The position numbers and the translations under genes were made by a program. A DNA stretch of 64,000 nucleotides, from contig CAKKNE010000002.1 in the NCBI GenBank assembly GCA_918797485.1, forward strand, positions 4,092,001 through 4,156,000, in the 5' to 3' direction. This DNA comes from Pelagomonas calceolata (taxonomy: Eukaryota). Shown here one piece after another: positions 9,787 to 20,600 of the stretch (positions within the stretch are counted from its first letter, which is position 1; the number at the start of each line of letters is the position of its first letter). The notes beneath the pieces were generated by a model, which was not told the DNA's origin, made no database searches, and worked only from the letters and a program-made list of their open reading frames with translations.

Positions 9787-10779
9787 CTAGTTCTTCGGCG
9801 GCCCGTAATGTCCCAACCCGCGGCCCGGGCGGCCCCGCCCACGCCCACGGCCGCGGCCCGCCGACCGGATGGACCGCCCGCGGCCCTTGCCTCGACCCCG
9901 TCCGCCCTTGCCGCCCTTGCCCCGCTTCGCCTCGCGCGCGGCCTCCCTTTTCGCGTCGGCATCTTTCCGATACGCGTCCTCGAGCTCCGGCGCCATCACG
10001 ACGACGGTCACGGCGGCGCCCTCGATCTCCACACAAGCACAAGCCTTCACGGCGCTCTCGTTATCATCAAAACGCGCGATCGCATAACCCTCGTCGTCGT
10101 TCAGGTCCACAAAACGCGGCACCGCAAACTCCGACAAAGCTTCCTTGATCTCTCCATATTGGATGGCCTGGCCCGACAAGCCATCAATGCGCACGTGGGC
10201 GCCTCGAGGTGGCGGGTCTCGCGCTTTTTTTTGAGGCGACTCCTTGTACTCGCGCGCGCCCATGGACTGCCTTCCCAAGGTCAGTGCCGACTTCGTGGAG
10301 TCTTTCGGGTAGAGCTCGTCGACGCACTTGCGGGCGGAGAAGCCCGCTCTTGAACCATCGGTCCGCTCGACAAAAAACGACTTCGTGTCCGGGTACTCTT
10401 GATTGATATCAAAACCGATCTTCGCCGCACCCGGCGCGAGTTTCTCGTTGGCCCCGGGGTGGCACGTCACCAACGCAAACAAGAAGAAGGCGTCCGCGCC
10501 CTCGGCGACGCCGCCGTCGATCTTTCGCTGGAGGGAAAGCACGTGGGCCCAGAGCTCGTCTCTATTCGCAAAGCGGCGGCCGGCTATTACTCTCACCTTC
10601 GCGGCGTCGTCGTCTTCTTCCTCTTCCGCGTCGGCTGGTGCTGGTGCTGGCGCTGGCGCCTCGCTCGCGGGTGCCGGCGCGGCGGCCGGCTCCGTGTCCG
10701 GTTCTTCCGTGCGCGCCTTCTTCGTGGCCGGTTCTTCCGTGCTATCGGCCGCTGCGTCTGTGGTGTCCATGGCACTCAT
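9787..10779 (-). CDS. DCL/DUF3223 domain + RRM + RGG-rich tail; putative nucleolar RNA-binding protein
   Basis: CHPGANEKL...YPDTKSFFVERTDGSRAGFSARKCV (DUF3223); HVRIDGL...IKEALSEF...RFVDL...GYAIARF (RRM); GKGGRGRG tail. Confidence 0.8.
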   Translation of the reverse strand: MSAMDTTDAAADSTEEPATKKARTEEPDTEPAAAPAPASEAPAPAPAPADAEEEEDDDAAKVRVIAGRRFANRDELWAHVLSLQRKIDGGVAEGADAFFLFALVTCHPGANEKLAPGAAKIGFDINQEYPDTKSFFVERTDGSRAGFSARKCVDELYPKDSTKSALTLGRQSMGAREYKESPQKKARDPPPRGAHVRIDGLSGQAIQYGEIKEALSEFAVPRFVDLNDDEGYAIARFDDNESAVKACACVEIEGAAVTVVVMAPELEDAYRKDADAKREAAREAKRGKGGKGGRGRGKGRGRSIRSAGRGRGRGRGRPGRGLGHYGPPKN

Positions 10780-10965
10780 CGCGCTGCGGCAAAGTTGTTG
10801 TGCTGTCCAGCGATTGATTGAATGCTTGCAAACCAGCCGCTACTAGCTGTCGTTTGCACCGGAAATAGTTCACGGGGGGTGTCAGTAATGTACGCACGTC
10901 CCCAAGTCCTCCTAGTGGCACTATTGTGATCGCTAGAGGCAAAAAACGCTACGGAGAGCTGCTTG

Positions 10966-10988
10966 CTAGTGTCTTTACAGGCCGCTAG
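10966..10988 (+). promoter_or_regulatory. Recurrent upstream motif
   Basis: CTAGTGTCTTTACAGGCCGCTAG about 220 bp before ATG 11206. Confidence 0.6.
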
Positions 10989-11205
10989 GCCGAAAAAATA
11001 ATTAGTGGATTGCGGGCCGAGCGCGCACGATCCGGCCGGGGCTGGCCCGGTAGTGGTTGATCCGAGCTCGGCGGTCGTCACAGTGGTGCTGCCGCTCGCA
11101 CAGTGGTGCTGCCGCTCGCCCCCAGTCTGTTTCAGGGTGTGGGGGCTGCCTACTCCTCACTTGCGATCCGGGCCCCGGGGAGCGCCGTCGTCGAGGCAGG
11201 CCACG

Positions 11206-13803
11206 ATGGCGCGGGCCGATGCACCCATCATGCAGTGGCAAGGTAATCCCCGCAACCTGCCCATAAGAGATGGCAGCATATCCCTCAACTGGAGCGCGCT
11301 CGGGAAATGGGATCCCCGCTCTAAAATCGGATTAGTATGGAAGTTCCAATTGGAGCCGCGGATGGATCTGGGGAACGGCCACACGGTCACGCTGACGGTC
11401 TCGTTCCGGTCGAGTCGGCGCGTCATCGTGCACGACGGCGTGCGGGTGGAGTACAGCGTCCGCGAGGATCGCGCGCGCAGCTATGCCTGGCGACGTGACG
11501 GCCACGACTTCGCGATCCAGGAGCTGCCGAACGGCCCGCGCGACATCTCGCGCTTCCGATTTGTTGTGGACAGCGCGTGCTCGTTTACGACGCCCGGCGG
11601 GCAGCGCGCGTTCATCGACGTCGCGCTGTCGGGCACGCGCTCCCCGACGCACGCGCAGCCAGTTTCTGCGAACGCGGCTAGCGCGCTCCCGTGCGCCGAA
11701 GCGAGAGTCGTGGACGCGGACCCGGCGAGCGGGACCCTGACGGCGGAGCGCGCCGGCGTCTACTTGACGCCGGCGGAGCGGCAGGAGCATATTTTCCAAG
11801 TCGGGGGCGTCGATGCAGACCTCGCACGGGCGCTCGCGGCGTCGGCGCGCGAATCGGCCAACGCCCGCCAGTTCGAGGCGGACACGGCCCTGGCGCGCCA
11901 GCTGTCGAGCGACGGAGAGGTGGCGTCGCCGCGGAGGCCGCGCGCCCCCGACGCGCCCCCGGCGTCGCCACTGTCGCCGCGGTCGCCGACGGCGCCCCCG
12001 CTGCCCGTGGCCTCGCCGTCGCCGCGGCCGTCCGCCACGTGGTACTGGGAGGAGGAGCCGCACCGACTGACGGCGCACAACCCCGCCCTCGTGAAGCCGC
12101 CACACTGGGTCGCGTACCCCGACGACGTCCAGGCCGTGCTGGAAGCGGCCTTTCAAGCGGGACATCCCACGTGCACCGGCGCAAATAACGTCGTGGACTT
12201 CGTGGCGCGGCAGCAAACGAATTTGCGGACCGGCGCCAAGCGGGCCGTGCTGCGGGACGACGCCGCCTTCTTCGAGCGCGACGTGCTGCGGGAGGACCGC
12301 GACGCCGCGGCGGCCTTCGCACCCCCGTCGCCGCCCGCGGTCGTCGCGCCGCCTGCGCCGGCACCTGCGCCACGGCGTCCGCCGGCACCCTCGTCGCCGC
12401 CGACCGGGCCGCCACCTCAGCGGCAGTGGGACGAGGCACGGCCGTGGGTCGCGGCGGACGAGGCGCTCGCCGACATCGCCGAGGCCGCGTCCATCGTCCA
12501 TGCGTCCACGAGCGGCCAGAGCCTCGACCCGCGCGCGCTTGCTTCGGTGCCCTGGGCGCACCAAATCATCGAGCTGCGAACTTTGATCGGCGCCAAAGGC
12601 ATGGAGACGCTCAGCGCCGGCCGCGAGCCCGTGCCCCGCTTCGCTGTGACGTGGGCGAAGCTCCGCACGCAACGCGCGGAGATCGACCGAGCGCTGCGCG
12701 ATCGAGCTGCCGAAGCGCCGGCGGCGTCGGTCGCGCCGCCGTCGCCGCCGCGTCTCAGCCGGGCGCAGGAACTGCAACGACGCCGGGATCTGCAACGAAG
12801 CCGGGCACCGCCGTCGCCACCCGCGGAGCCGCTTCGCCTACACGCGCGCATCACCGCTTTGAGCTTTGAGGAGGCACGGCACCGGACGCAGGAAGGCGCC
12901 ACCGCCGGCGTGGGTGACGACGATGATCTGACGCGGGCGCTGGCGGCGTCGCGGCGCGTCGCGGCTGCCGAGGAGCGGCACCGGGAAGATCTCACACGGG
13001 CGCTCGTGGCGTCGCGTGACGTTGCGGTTGCCGAGGAGCGGCGTCGGGCACAGTGCGCCACCGCCGACGACGAGGTCGAGTACGCCCGTCACGTCCACAT
13101 CGGCGAGACGCCCGTCCCGCCTGGCCATGTAAGAGTTCGCGTGCCGCCGGGCATGGGCCCCGGTTCGGAGGCGGCCTTCACGGCGCCGGACGGAAGAGTG
13201 CTTAGGGCAACTATCCCAGCCGGTGCGACGGAGGACTCCCTCTTCGACGTACGATTGCCACCGCGGCGCACCATCTCCGAGGAAGCTTCACCCGCGGCGC
13301 CGCCGTCGCCGCCCGCGGAAGAGGCCAGTCCCGGCCGTCGAGGTGACGTGATACGGATCTTCGAGGAAGCGCAGCGCCGGCGCGCCGCTGAGGCAGCCGC
13401 GGCCAAAGACGACGTGCCACCCCAACCGCGCGTCGCGGGACGCATGATGGCCGAAAGTGACAGCGATAGCGACAGCGACGAGGCAAAGGAGACCGCCCGC
13501 GGGGCGCGGCCCGCCCCGCCGCCGATGTTAGGCGGCGTCCCGGACGGACCGGAACAGCTCGTTAGGAACATCGAGGCCCACATCCGTCTGCTGGAGCCCG
13601 CGTCGAGGGCCGACTTCCGCCGCCGCCTCGCGGCCGCGCGCAATAACATCAGCGCCCTGGCGGAGCTGAACCGACGCGTGGCCCAGGCCGTCGACGAGGA
13701 AAACGAAGCCACCGCGGAGCCCGAGCCCGCGCCGATCGACCGGGAGGCGTTCGAGGCGCTCCTCGCGGGCCTCACCGACGACTCGGGCTCGGACGACTAC
13801 TAG
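11206..13803 (+). CDS. Multidomain protein: FAIM1-like beta domain, UIM repeats, WWE domain, Pro-rich linkers, VP.G..PG beta module
   Basis: UIM-like DADLARALAAS, DDDLTRALAAS, REDLTRALVAS; WWE TWYWEE...WVAYPDDVQAVLEAAF...VDFVARQQTNLRTGAKRAVLR. First ATG is 11206; the FAIM1 call is tentative. Confidence 0.75.
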   Translation: MARADAPIMQWQGNPRNLPIRDGSISLNWSALGKWDPRSKIGLVWKFQLEPRMDLGNGHTVTLTVSFRSSRRVIVHDGVRVEYSVREDRARSYAWRRDGHDFAIQELPNGPRDISRFRFVVDSACSFTTPGGQRAFIDVALSGTRSPTHAQPVSANAASALPCAEARVVDADPASGTLTAERAGVYLTPAERQEHIFQVGGVDADLARALAASARESANARQFEADTALARQLSSDGEVASPRRPRAPDAPPASPLSPRSPTAPPLPVASPSPRPSATWYWEEEPHRLTAHNPALVKPPHWVAYPDDVQAVLEAAFQAGHPTCTGANNVVDFVARQQTNLRTGAKRAVLRDDAAFFERDVLREDRDAAAAFAPPSPPAVVAPPAPAPAPRRPPAPSSPPTGPPPQRQWDEARPWVAADEALADIAEAASIVHASTSGQSLDPRALASVPWAHQIIELRTLIGAKGMETLSAGREPVPRFAVTWAKLRTQRAEIDRALRDRAAEAPAASVAPPSPPRLSRAQELQRRRDLQRSRAPPSPPAEPLRLHARITALSFEEARHRTQEGATAGVGDDDDLTRALAASRRVAAAEERHREDLTRALVASRDVAVAEERRRAQCATADDEVEYARHVHIGETPVPPGHVRVRVPPGMGPGSEAAFTAPDGRVLRATIPAGATEDSLFDVRLPPRRTISEEASPAAPPSPPAEEASPGRRGDVIRIFEEAQRRRAAEAAAAKDDVPPQPRVAGRMMAESDSDSDSDEAKETARGARPAPPPMLGGVPDGPEQLVRNIEAHIRLLEPASRADFRRRLAAARNNISALAELNRRVAQAVDEENEATAEPEPAPIDREAFEALLAGLTDDSGSDDY

Positions 13804-13856
13804 GAACCTCCATGCTCCCCTTCTACCAATCTAATGTGATCACAAAATTAAAACTA

Positions 13857-15950
13857 CTAGACCTGGAAGTAGATGGCCGTCTGCGGCTCCACCAAACACG
13901 CGTCGCCGGCCTGCTTACTGATCGTCATCGCCGTCTTGTAGAAGAGGAGCTGGCCCTTGTGGTTCACGAGCCAGCTCCGGTCCGCCCCCGCTTCTACCTT
14001 GAAGTTGCGGCCCGGCCGGTAATCAACTTCATCTAAAGAAGAAAAGCACCGGAAGCACTGGAGCCGCGGCCTTGTTACTGTTTCGGTGGAAATCCAGAAC
14101 AGCGGCGTCTCCGGGTTCGCTATTCCTCTGTCAACGGCCTCGTCGACGTACCACGTCTGATGTTCATAAGCACTGATGGTAGGCGACCGCCACTGATGGG
14201 CCCGTTTCACCGCCTCGCCCCAGAGCGGTATACAACTATAACCAGCACCACCAGCACCACAAGCCGATTTTTTGGTACATTCGAAATCATAAGGACGCCT
14301 CTCCTGAACATGGGACCCGTTCATGGCCCACAATTGCAACCATTCTAGGGCAGCTTGGTCGTGCGGGTGGCACTGGGCCAAACCGTCCCGCGCGACGGCG
14401 AGCCACTTCCGCACGACCTCCCTTCCATCTGCATTGCCCCTTACGAGAAACACTCCAGTGTTCAAACCTCGGTAGTTGCCCAAGACGACATGTCTATTTT
14501 GAGGAACGTCTTCGACATACCTCTCGAGTTCCACAGAAAACTGACTAGGATTCACCCAGGCGTCGGCGTCGATCCAGCAGTACCACCTCGCTGTCCTATA
14601 TCGACGCATCGCGTCGCGCACCATGAGTATCTTCGAGAACTCCCACGCCAAGCGCTTTTCCTCGAAAATATGTGAATGCGCCGTCTTCCGCCGCAGCAAC
14701 CGATCCAGCGTGTCCGCCACATAGAAAGCAAACCCGTAACCTCGGGCAAGAGCGTAGGCCCGCTTGTTCAGCGCAAGGTCCACGTCCGCCTTCGCGTTGT
14801 TCCCGTCCCTCACATTCACGCCGGACACAATGACGAAAGCTGGTGCATGCGGCTCTTGCGTCGTCGCGAACCCATGCATGCATGGTAATCTCCGATCACC
14901 TTCATCTCCAAGAATACGAGCGGCGAGGGCGTCGATTTTACTCGCGTCGCCCTCGAACTTGACTAATCTTTCAGGCGTGCCCGCGCGGACTTTCGCCCGC
15001 TCGCGCTCGAGGTCGGCGCCGGCGCAGCCGGCGCCGCATGAGGCGCAGCGTAACTGTGGAGGGAGGTCGCTCGGTTCTATACTAAGATCGTAGGCCGCGT
15101 CCAAGACCGCGTCCGGCGGGCTCTCGGAGGACCCGGGGCCCGCCAGTTGTTTGTCTCTGTAGTTTCGTAAGACGTCCGCGAGTTCTTTGGCCCTCTGACC
15201 ACCTTTCGTAGAAGCCCAGCCTATCAAAGTGGTCGAGAGGTCCGCGACGGCCGCGTGGCCGGGTTTTGTAGGGGGTGCCGCGGCGACGTATAAAGTGTCA
15301 CCATCAATGGAGGGCAGCGCGGCCCAGAAGTCCTTGGAGAAGGTTCTGCAAGGGGTCCACGCGTCCAGATCTATAGACACGATGATCTGCGAGGAGGCCT
15401 CGGCCGTGCCTTCGTCGAGCTCCGTAATTAATGATTCGGTGACGCGGCTCGTTCTGGATGAAGTACCGGACGTGCCGAGCGCCGCGTGGCGCCGTTCCAA
15501 GCCCGCCGCCTCCGCCACCGACCAAAGCTCGTCCTGGAACCGCTCGCGCTCGTCTTCTTTCGAACCGCTCCCCCAGTAGGGCGTCTGCACGAGGACCGCC
15601 GTGCGTGCTGCTCTTTGACCTCTCAGTTCCTTCACGATGCGCAGCGCGGACCGCCTTGCAGAAGGCGAGGCCGCGTGCAGCGTCAATCGCACGGACGGAG
15701 GCAGGGGCGCCGGCGTCGGCGGCCGCGGCTTGTGGTCGTCGGCGGCCCAGTTCGTGACCTGAGACATTATTTTCGTGTAAAATTGCAAAGCTCGTTCGTC
15801 CTCGGCGAGCTCTTTTGGAGTGCGGGGCGCGTAGTTCTCGCGGTAGCGCTTCTCGTCGGCGAGGGCCATCTCCTTGGCGACGGGGTCGACGAGGCGCTCA
15901 TTTGTTATAGCTGCGCAGGCGGCCGCGGCGCAGAGGAGGAGCGCTCGCAT
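13857..15950 (-). CDS. Secretory-pathway glycosyltransferase, GT34 (GMA12/MNN10)-like C-terminal domain
   Basis: Signal peptide; NKRAYALARGY, EFSKIL, WYCWIDADA (DxD), GLNTGVFLVR, HDQAAL. Confidence 0.8.
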   Translation of the reverse strand: MRALLLCAAAACAAITNERLVDPVAKEMALADEKRYRENYAPRTPKELAEDERALQFYTKIMSQVTNWAADDHKPRPPTPAPLPPSVRLTLHAASPSARRSALRIVKELRGQRAARTAVLVQTPYWGSGSKEDERERFQDELWSVAEAAGLERRHAALGTSGTSSRTSRVTESLITELDEGTAEASSQIIVSIDLDAWTPCRTFSKDFWAALPSIDGDTLYVAAAPPTKPGHAAVADLSTTLIGWASTKGGQRAKELADVLRNYRDKQLAGPGSSESPPDAVLDAAYDLSIEPSDLPPQLRCASCGAGCAGADLERERAKVRAGTPERLVKFEGDASKIDALAARILGDEGDRRLPCMHGFATTQEPHAPAFVIVSGVNVRDGNNAKADVDLALNKRAYALARGYGFAFYVADTLDRLLRRKTAHSHIFEEKRLAWEFSKILMVRDAMRRYRTARWYCWIDADAWVNPSQFSVELERYVEDVPQNRHVVLGNYRGLNTGVFLVRGNADGREVVRKWLAVARDGLAQCHPHDQAALEWLQLWAMNGSHVQERRPYDFECTKKSACGAGGAGYSCIPLWGEAVKRAHQWRSPTISAYEHQTWYVDEAVDRGIANPETPLFWISTETVTRPRLQCFRCFSSLDEVDYRPGRNFKVEAGADRSWLVNHKGQLLFYKTAMTISKQAGDACLVEPQTAIYFQV

Positions 15951-16088
15951 CCTTCACGGCAGGCGCGGTGCAACAGGCAGCATGGCTTTGCACGTTCGAG
16001 CGCTACTAGCACTCGTCCGTCACGGATGCGCAACTATAAGGTATACCAAGCCAGGCTCACGCTTTTTTTTGGTCAGCTTGCTTTCTTG

Positions 16089-16109
16089 CTAGTGTCTTAC
16101 AGCCGCTAG
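16089..16109 (+). promoter_or_regulatory. Recurrent motif, consensus copy
   Basis: CTAGTGTCTTACAGCCGCTAG; this copy is antisense to the nearest start (15950, minus strand). Confidence 0.55.
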
Positions 16110-16242
16110 CTAACCAACACCCGATCGCCAATCCCAATAGTGGCGAAGCGTTCGGGGTCCGTACTACCTGGGGGTGGGTTCAATAAGTGGCTCTCTCTCT
16201 CAGCAGGCGCGAAGGTTTTGTACTAGCACCGTAACAACGGCC

Positions 16243-17247
16243 TTAACGCTCCATCTCTTCCACGCGGACCGAGCCCCCGCCCCCGCCGCCGCCGCCGTCG
16301 CCGCCGCCGCCGTCTCCCTGCTGGTGGTACGGGTACACGACGCTCTCGAAGATGGCGGCCGCGAACCACACCTCGGGGGGCACGTCGTTCTTGGCGGGCA
16401 GTTGCATGCTATACGTCTGGAGGCCGATCGGCTTCCCCCCGGGGCAGAAGCAACACGGCATTCGCCGGAAGGGCTGGACTGGGTCGCGCCCGGGCCCGCT
16501 CGCGCACGGCTGGAGTATCCACCGGTACATCCCCGCACCCGGTTCGCCCTCGACGGGCCGCACGAACGGCGTGTCACAGCAGGGCTGCACGCAACACGGA
16601 TACAGCGTGCCCTTCAGAGTTGTTGAATTGACTGTCATGTCAGCATCAGCAATACACTGGGGGCAGGCGCTCGGGCCGCCGTGGGACACGAGGGGATACG
16701 CGACGCCGGCCTTGACGACCCGCCCCGAGATAGGCGTGTTGTCGCAGGGGCACTGACACGCGGGGACGACGTCGAAATGAAGTCGGGCCGCTTCGAAGTT
16801 TCTGTCCGTGATCTTACCGTTGCCAGCGTCGATCGTCGAGAGGTACACGGGCACCTCTAAACCTTGATAGGGGTTCTTGCAGCAGCCCATGTTATCCATG
16901 ATCATGCCGAACGTCACTTCCGACGCGAAGGCCGGCCGCGCCCCGGCGCCCATCACGTCGTCCGCGGCGTAGCCCGCGAAGGCCTGTCCCGGGAACTTGC
17001 CACAATTGGCGACGAGCAAGTGGTCGACGAGGACCACTGGTCCGGCGGGCGCGGCCGGCATCATCATCTGCGGAGCGGCGGCGGGCACGGCGATCGTGAA
17101 CTGCTGGCCCGGGCCCAGGCCCGGCGGGATCTGGACCTGGACCGGCTGCCCATTGGGGGCCGTGAGCTGGACCATTGTCCCGGGCGGAGCACCCTCTGGC
17201 ACCTGGACCGTCATCATGGCGCTAGGGGCCGCCATGACTTGTGCCAT
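16243..17247 (-). CDS. Cys-rich protein with N-terminal VP.G..PG module; possibly scramblase/tubby-like
   Basis: 334 aa ORF. MTVQVPEGAPPGTMVQLTAPNGQPVQVQIPPGLGPGQQF; clustered CC/CxC motifs; hydrophobic C-terminal helix VWFAAAIFESVVY. Confidence 0.7.
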   Translation of the reverse strand: MAQVMAAPSAMMTVQVPEGAPPGTMVQLTAPNGQPVQVQIPPGLGPGQQFTIAVPAAAPQMMMPAAPAGPVVLVDHLLVANCGKFPGQAFAGYAADDVMGAGARPAFASEVTFGMIMDNMGCCKNPYQGLEVPVYLSTIDAGNGKITDRNFEAARLHFDVVPACQCPCDNTPISGRVVKAGVAYPLVSHGGPSACPQCIADADMTVNSTTLKGTLYPCCVQPCCDTPFVRPVEGEPGAGMYRWILQPCASGPGRDPVQPFRRMPCCFCPGGKPIGLQTYSMQLPAKNDVPPEVWFAAAIFESVVYPYHQQGDGGGGDGGGGGGGGSVRVEEMER

Positions 17248-17444
17248 GGTTCACTCGACAGCAGCCGCTCTGGGGCCGTGAGCACGAACGGTGTGTTACT
17301 CGGGCTGGCGCACAACGTAATGGGCAGCCTGAGCGAGTCGTGGGGGTCTAGTCCCTAGTCCTTGGTGATGGCTAGGCTACTATCTTGTAGCAAAGCACAG
17401 CGCCTGTAAACTACCTAGCTAGGTAGAGACACTAGCCGATTCAC

Positions 17445-17523
17445 CAGCCGGACGGGTGGGCCCGGGGGGAGCGGGAGGGGTGCGGGGGACCCTGCGACGT
17501 AACTAGCCTGAGCCTGAGCCTGA
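17445..17523. repeat. Dispersed G-rich element, copy 2
   Basis: Near-identical to 4367-4442. Both copies are preceded by AGACACTAG and followed by CTAGCACCG. Confidence 0.9.
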
Positions 17524-17608
17524 TTCACGCACTCCCGTGCTAGCACCGCAGACTAGCATCGTATATCAGAAACTGAAACACACTCATAAAATTAACAAAA
17601 CCGCGTCG

Positions 17609-20600
17609 TCAGCGACGCGACCCTTCGCGCACGAACTTGTGCGGCACGTAGCCCTCTCGGTCGGAGCCGTCCGTCTTCCTGGCGTAGACCAGGGATCCGA
17701 ACTTCGCGAGGTCCGCGGCCGGCACCAAGACCACGTCGCCTTCGTTCACCGAGAGCTCGTTCGGCGAGTGGGCGACAAACGCGCGGACGACGACGCAGCG
17801 CCGCTCGCCGCGCGAGGGCGTCACGGTCGCGGGCGCTGGGGCCGGCTCCGGCGGCGCAATTGGCGCCGCTTTTGGCTTTGGCGGCGTCGCGACGGGTTCT
17901 GGGCTCCTCTGTGGCGTCGCAGGTGGCTCCGGCGCAGGCCTCGGCGTCGCGGCCGGCTCCGAAGGTGACAGCTCGATCGACCGCGGCGTCGCAATCGCCA
18001 CGGGACTCGGTTTGCGCGGCGACGGCGACGGAGACACGGGCGACGCGGCGGCGGTCGAGGCCGGACTCGTCGGAGGCGACGGGGTCGGGCTCTTCGGCCC
18101 GCCCGCTGCCGCGTTGACGGTGCGCAGGAGCCGCGCGCAGGCGACTGTTGCCCACAATGCCTCGTCGGCGTCGGCCGCGACGCCGTGGCCAAAGATCAGC
18201 GGCGCCGTCGCGGCCGCGAGCCCGCGCCACGAAGCGCCGTTCAAACGGCGCCGACGCACGATTTTCCCGAGGTGTTTCGCCAGGCGCGTCAGCACCTCGC
18301 GGTGAAAGGGTGGGAGCTCCCCGAGGAGAATGCACAGGTGATGACGCTGGCCGGCGACGCCGCGGCTCGGGCTCGGCTCCGTCGCGGCGCGGATGAAGGC
18401 TTGCCTCCGCCCCAGTGTCGCCAATGGTGCGCGCTCCCGGAGCAGCGCGGCGACCGCGTCGATCACGGCGTGCGGGTCGCCGGCGTCGATCGCTGCGGCG
18501 ATCGCGGGCTTCGCCTCTAGAACCACTCGCACGGCCGCGGACCTCGCCTCGTCGCCGTGCCGCATCCAGAGTCCTGGGGCGCAGAGCGCGCGCTCGTCCC
18601 CGTCGAGCGCGTCGAGCGCGCCTCGCATCACCTCGGCGTCGCCGGCCGTCCAGGGCGGCAGGTCGTCGTCGTCGTCGTCCACGTCCACCTCCACGTGTTC
18701 ATCCGGCGGCCCATCCCCTCCCTGCTCGAAGGCGTCGTCGTCGTCCTCGGCGCCGACGCGGCAGCAGGTCGCGCCGAAAAACGCCGATACGCGGGCGAAC
18801 GACGCGCCGTCCGCGCCGGGCGTCGCATGAGAGGCGAAGGCGGCGCCGCAGCCGCTCGAGATGGCCCCCTCGATGCCCGTCGACAGAGCCGCCCCGCGCG
18901 CCCCCTGGGCCAGGAGCTCGAACTGGAGCCGCGCGGTTCGGCGCCGCGCGCCAAAGGGGCCCTTGTGGAGCTTCGTGCGCTTGACCACGTGCTCCCAGAA
19001 CTGGTGGAAGCTCAGAGTTGAGGCCACCTGAGCTGATACGTCCGCGACGCGCTCGTCGAAGCCCTTCATGCGCACGAAGAGAGTTTCACTTAACGCGCGC
19101 CGCGTCTCCGCGTCGAGGCCGAGGCCACTGCAGATGCTCGACGCGCACGCCGCGGGCTCCTCCGACGCGAGGCGCCAGACGCAGAACGCCACGAACTCCG
19201 GCAGGTCGAAGCCCGGCGCGACGGCCACCTCCCGCAGATCGTCGTCGACGAGTGCGTAGTAGCCCTTGCGCGCGCAGGAGATGGCGTCGACGAGCCCCAA
19301 TGCTTCCTCGCTCGAAATCTCGCAGCCCTGCGACTGGTAGTGGAACCGCAGGTCGTCGACGCTCACGAGGCCGTCCTGGTCCTTGTCTAGCAAACGGAAG
19401 GCCGTGCGCAGGTGGCCGAGCTGGAACGGCAGCGCGACGTCCACCAAATGCTCGGGATCCTGGATCGCGTCCGCGTCGAGGGCGACGGCCTTCTCCGAGG
19501 TAGGACTCGCCGGGCGGCGGTGCTTCAGCGCCCGCTCGGCCGCGTGGCGCCAGGCGCCCTTCTTGCTGCTCGCGTGTGGCTCGGCAACGGGGCTCGGAGC
19601 CGTCGCCTCCATCTCTAGAATTTCCTCGAGCTCGTCGACGTGGCCCAAAAAGGCGGCGCGCATCGGCGCGCCCCGTAGCTCGTGGTCGGCCACGGCCTCG
19701 CGCACCTTTCGACGCAACTTCGTCGCCTCGTGCTCCTTCCGCGCTTTCAATCGCGGGTACGCGCGGCGCCAGAGGCTCCCGGAAATGGGCCGCGCGCGCC
19801 ACGCGGCCACGTTGTACGGTTCCAGAGAGGGGTGCAGCGTCAGCACGTAGATTAAGTGCAACGCTCGCCAGGCGTCGGCGAGTTCTCCGCGCTTCAATGA
19901 TGAAGGAACGCGCCCGCCCAGCAGGACGTCGTCCAGGATGCGAGCGAGCTCGTCTGATTGTAAACGGCACGCCAGCGCGCGGCTCGGCGCCGGCGCCGCG
20001 AAGGCGAGGCAGTGCGCCGGCCGCACGCGCCGCGCGTAGGCGTCCTCGACCGCCGACAGTATCAAACGCGAGGCCGCGCACATGACGGGGTTGTTGTGTC
20101 TCTCAGAAAGCATGACCGTGGACGCGAACGTGTTGTAGCCCGGGTCCAACCAGCCGATGTTGCCCGTGAAGAGCGAGACGTCGACCCGGAACACGTTGAT
20201 CGTGGCGATGAGGTAGAGGACGAGCACCCGCAGCGGCCCCGCGACGGGCCCCACTATCAAATCCCACATCCCGAGCACAAAGTCCCACAAGTCGAAACAA
20301 TTCCGGTGGTGCACGTACGTGCCGTCGCTGATGAACTTGTTGAGGAAGACGAACAGCAGCATGTTGAAGAGCCACAGCACGAGCAAGGGTACGATGGCGC
20401 CGCCCAGCAACTCCACGACGTACCGCCGCGCCGCCTCCTGCGCCTCCCAGGCGTTCCAGGCGAAAACCACCAGTCCCGCGCCCAGAAAGCATATCGCCGA
20501 GACGACCAGCGCGTGCGCCACGACGACGCCCATGAACCGGATCGCGTATGGCGCCGCCGGCGTAATAAACCCACGCCACAGCCGGTCGCCCAGGGTCCGG

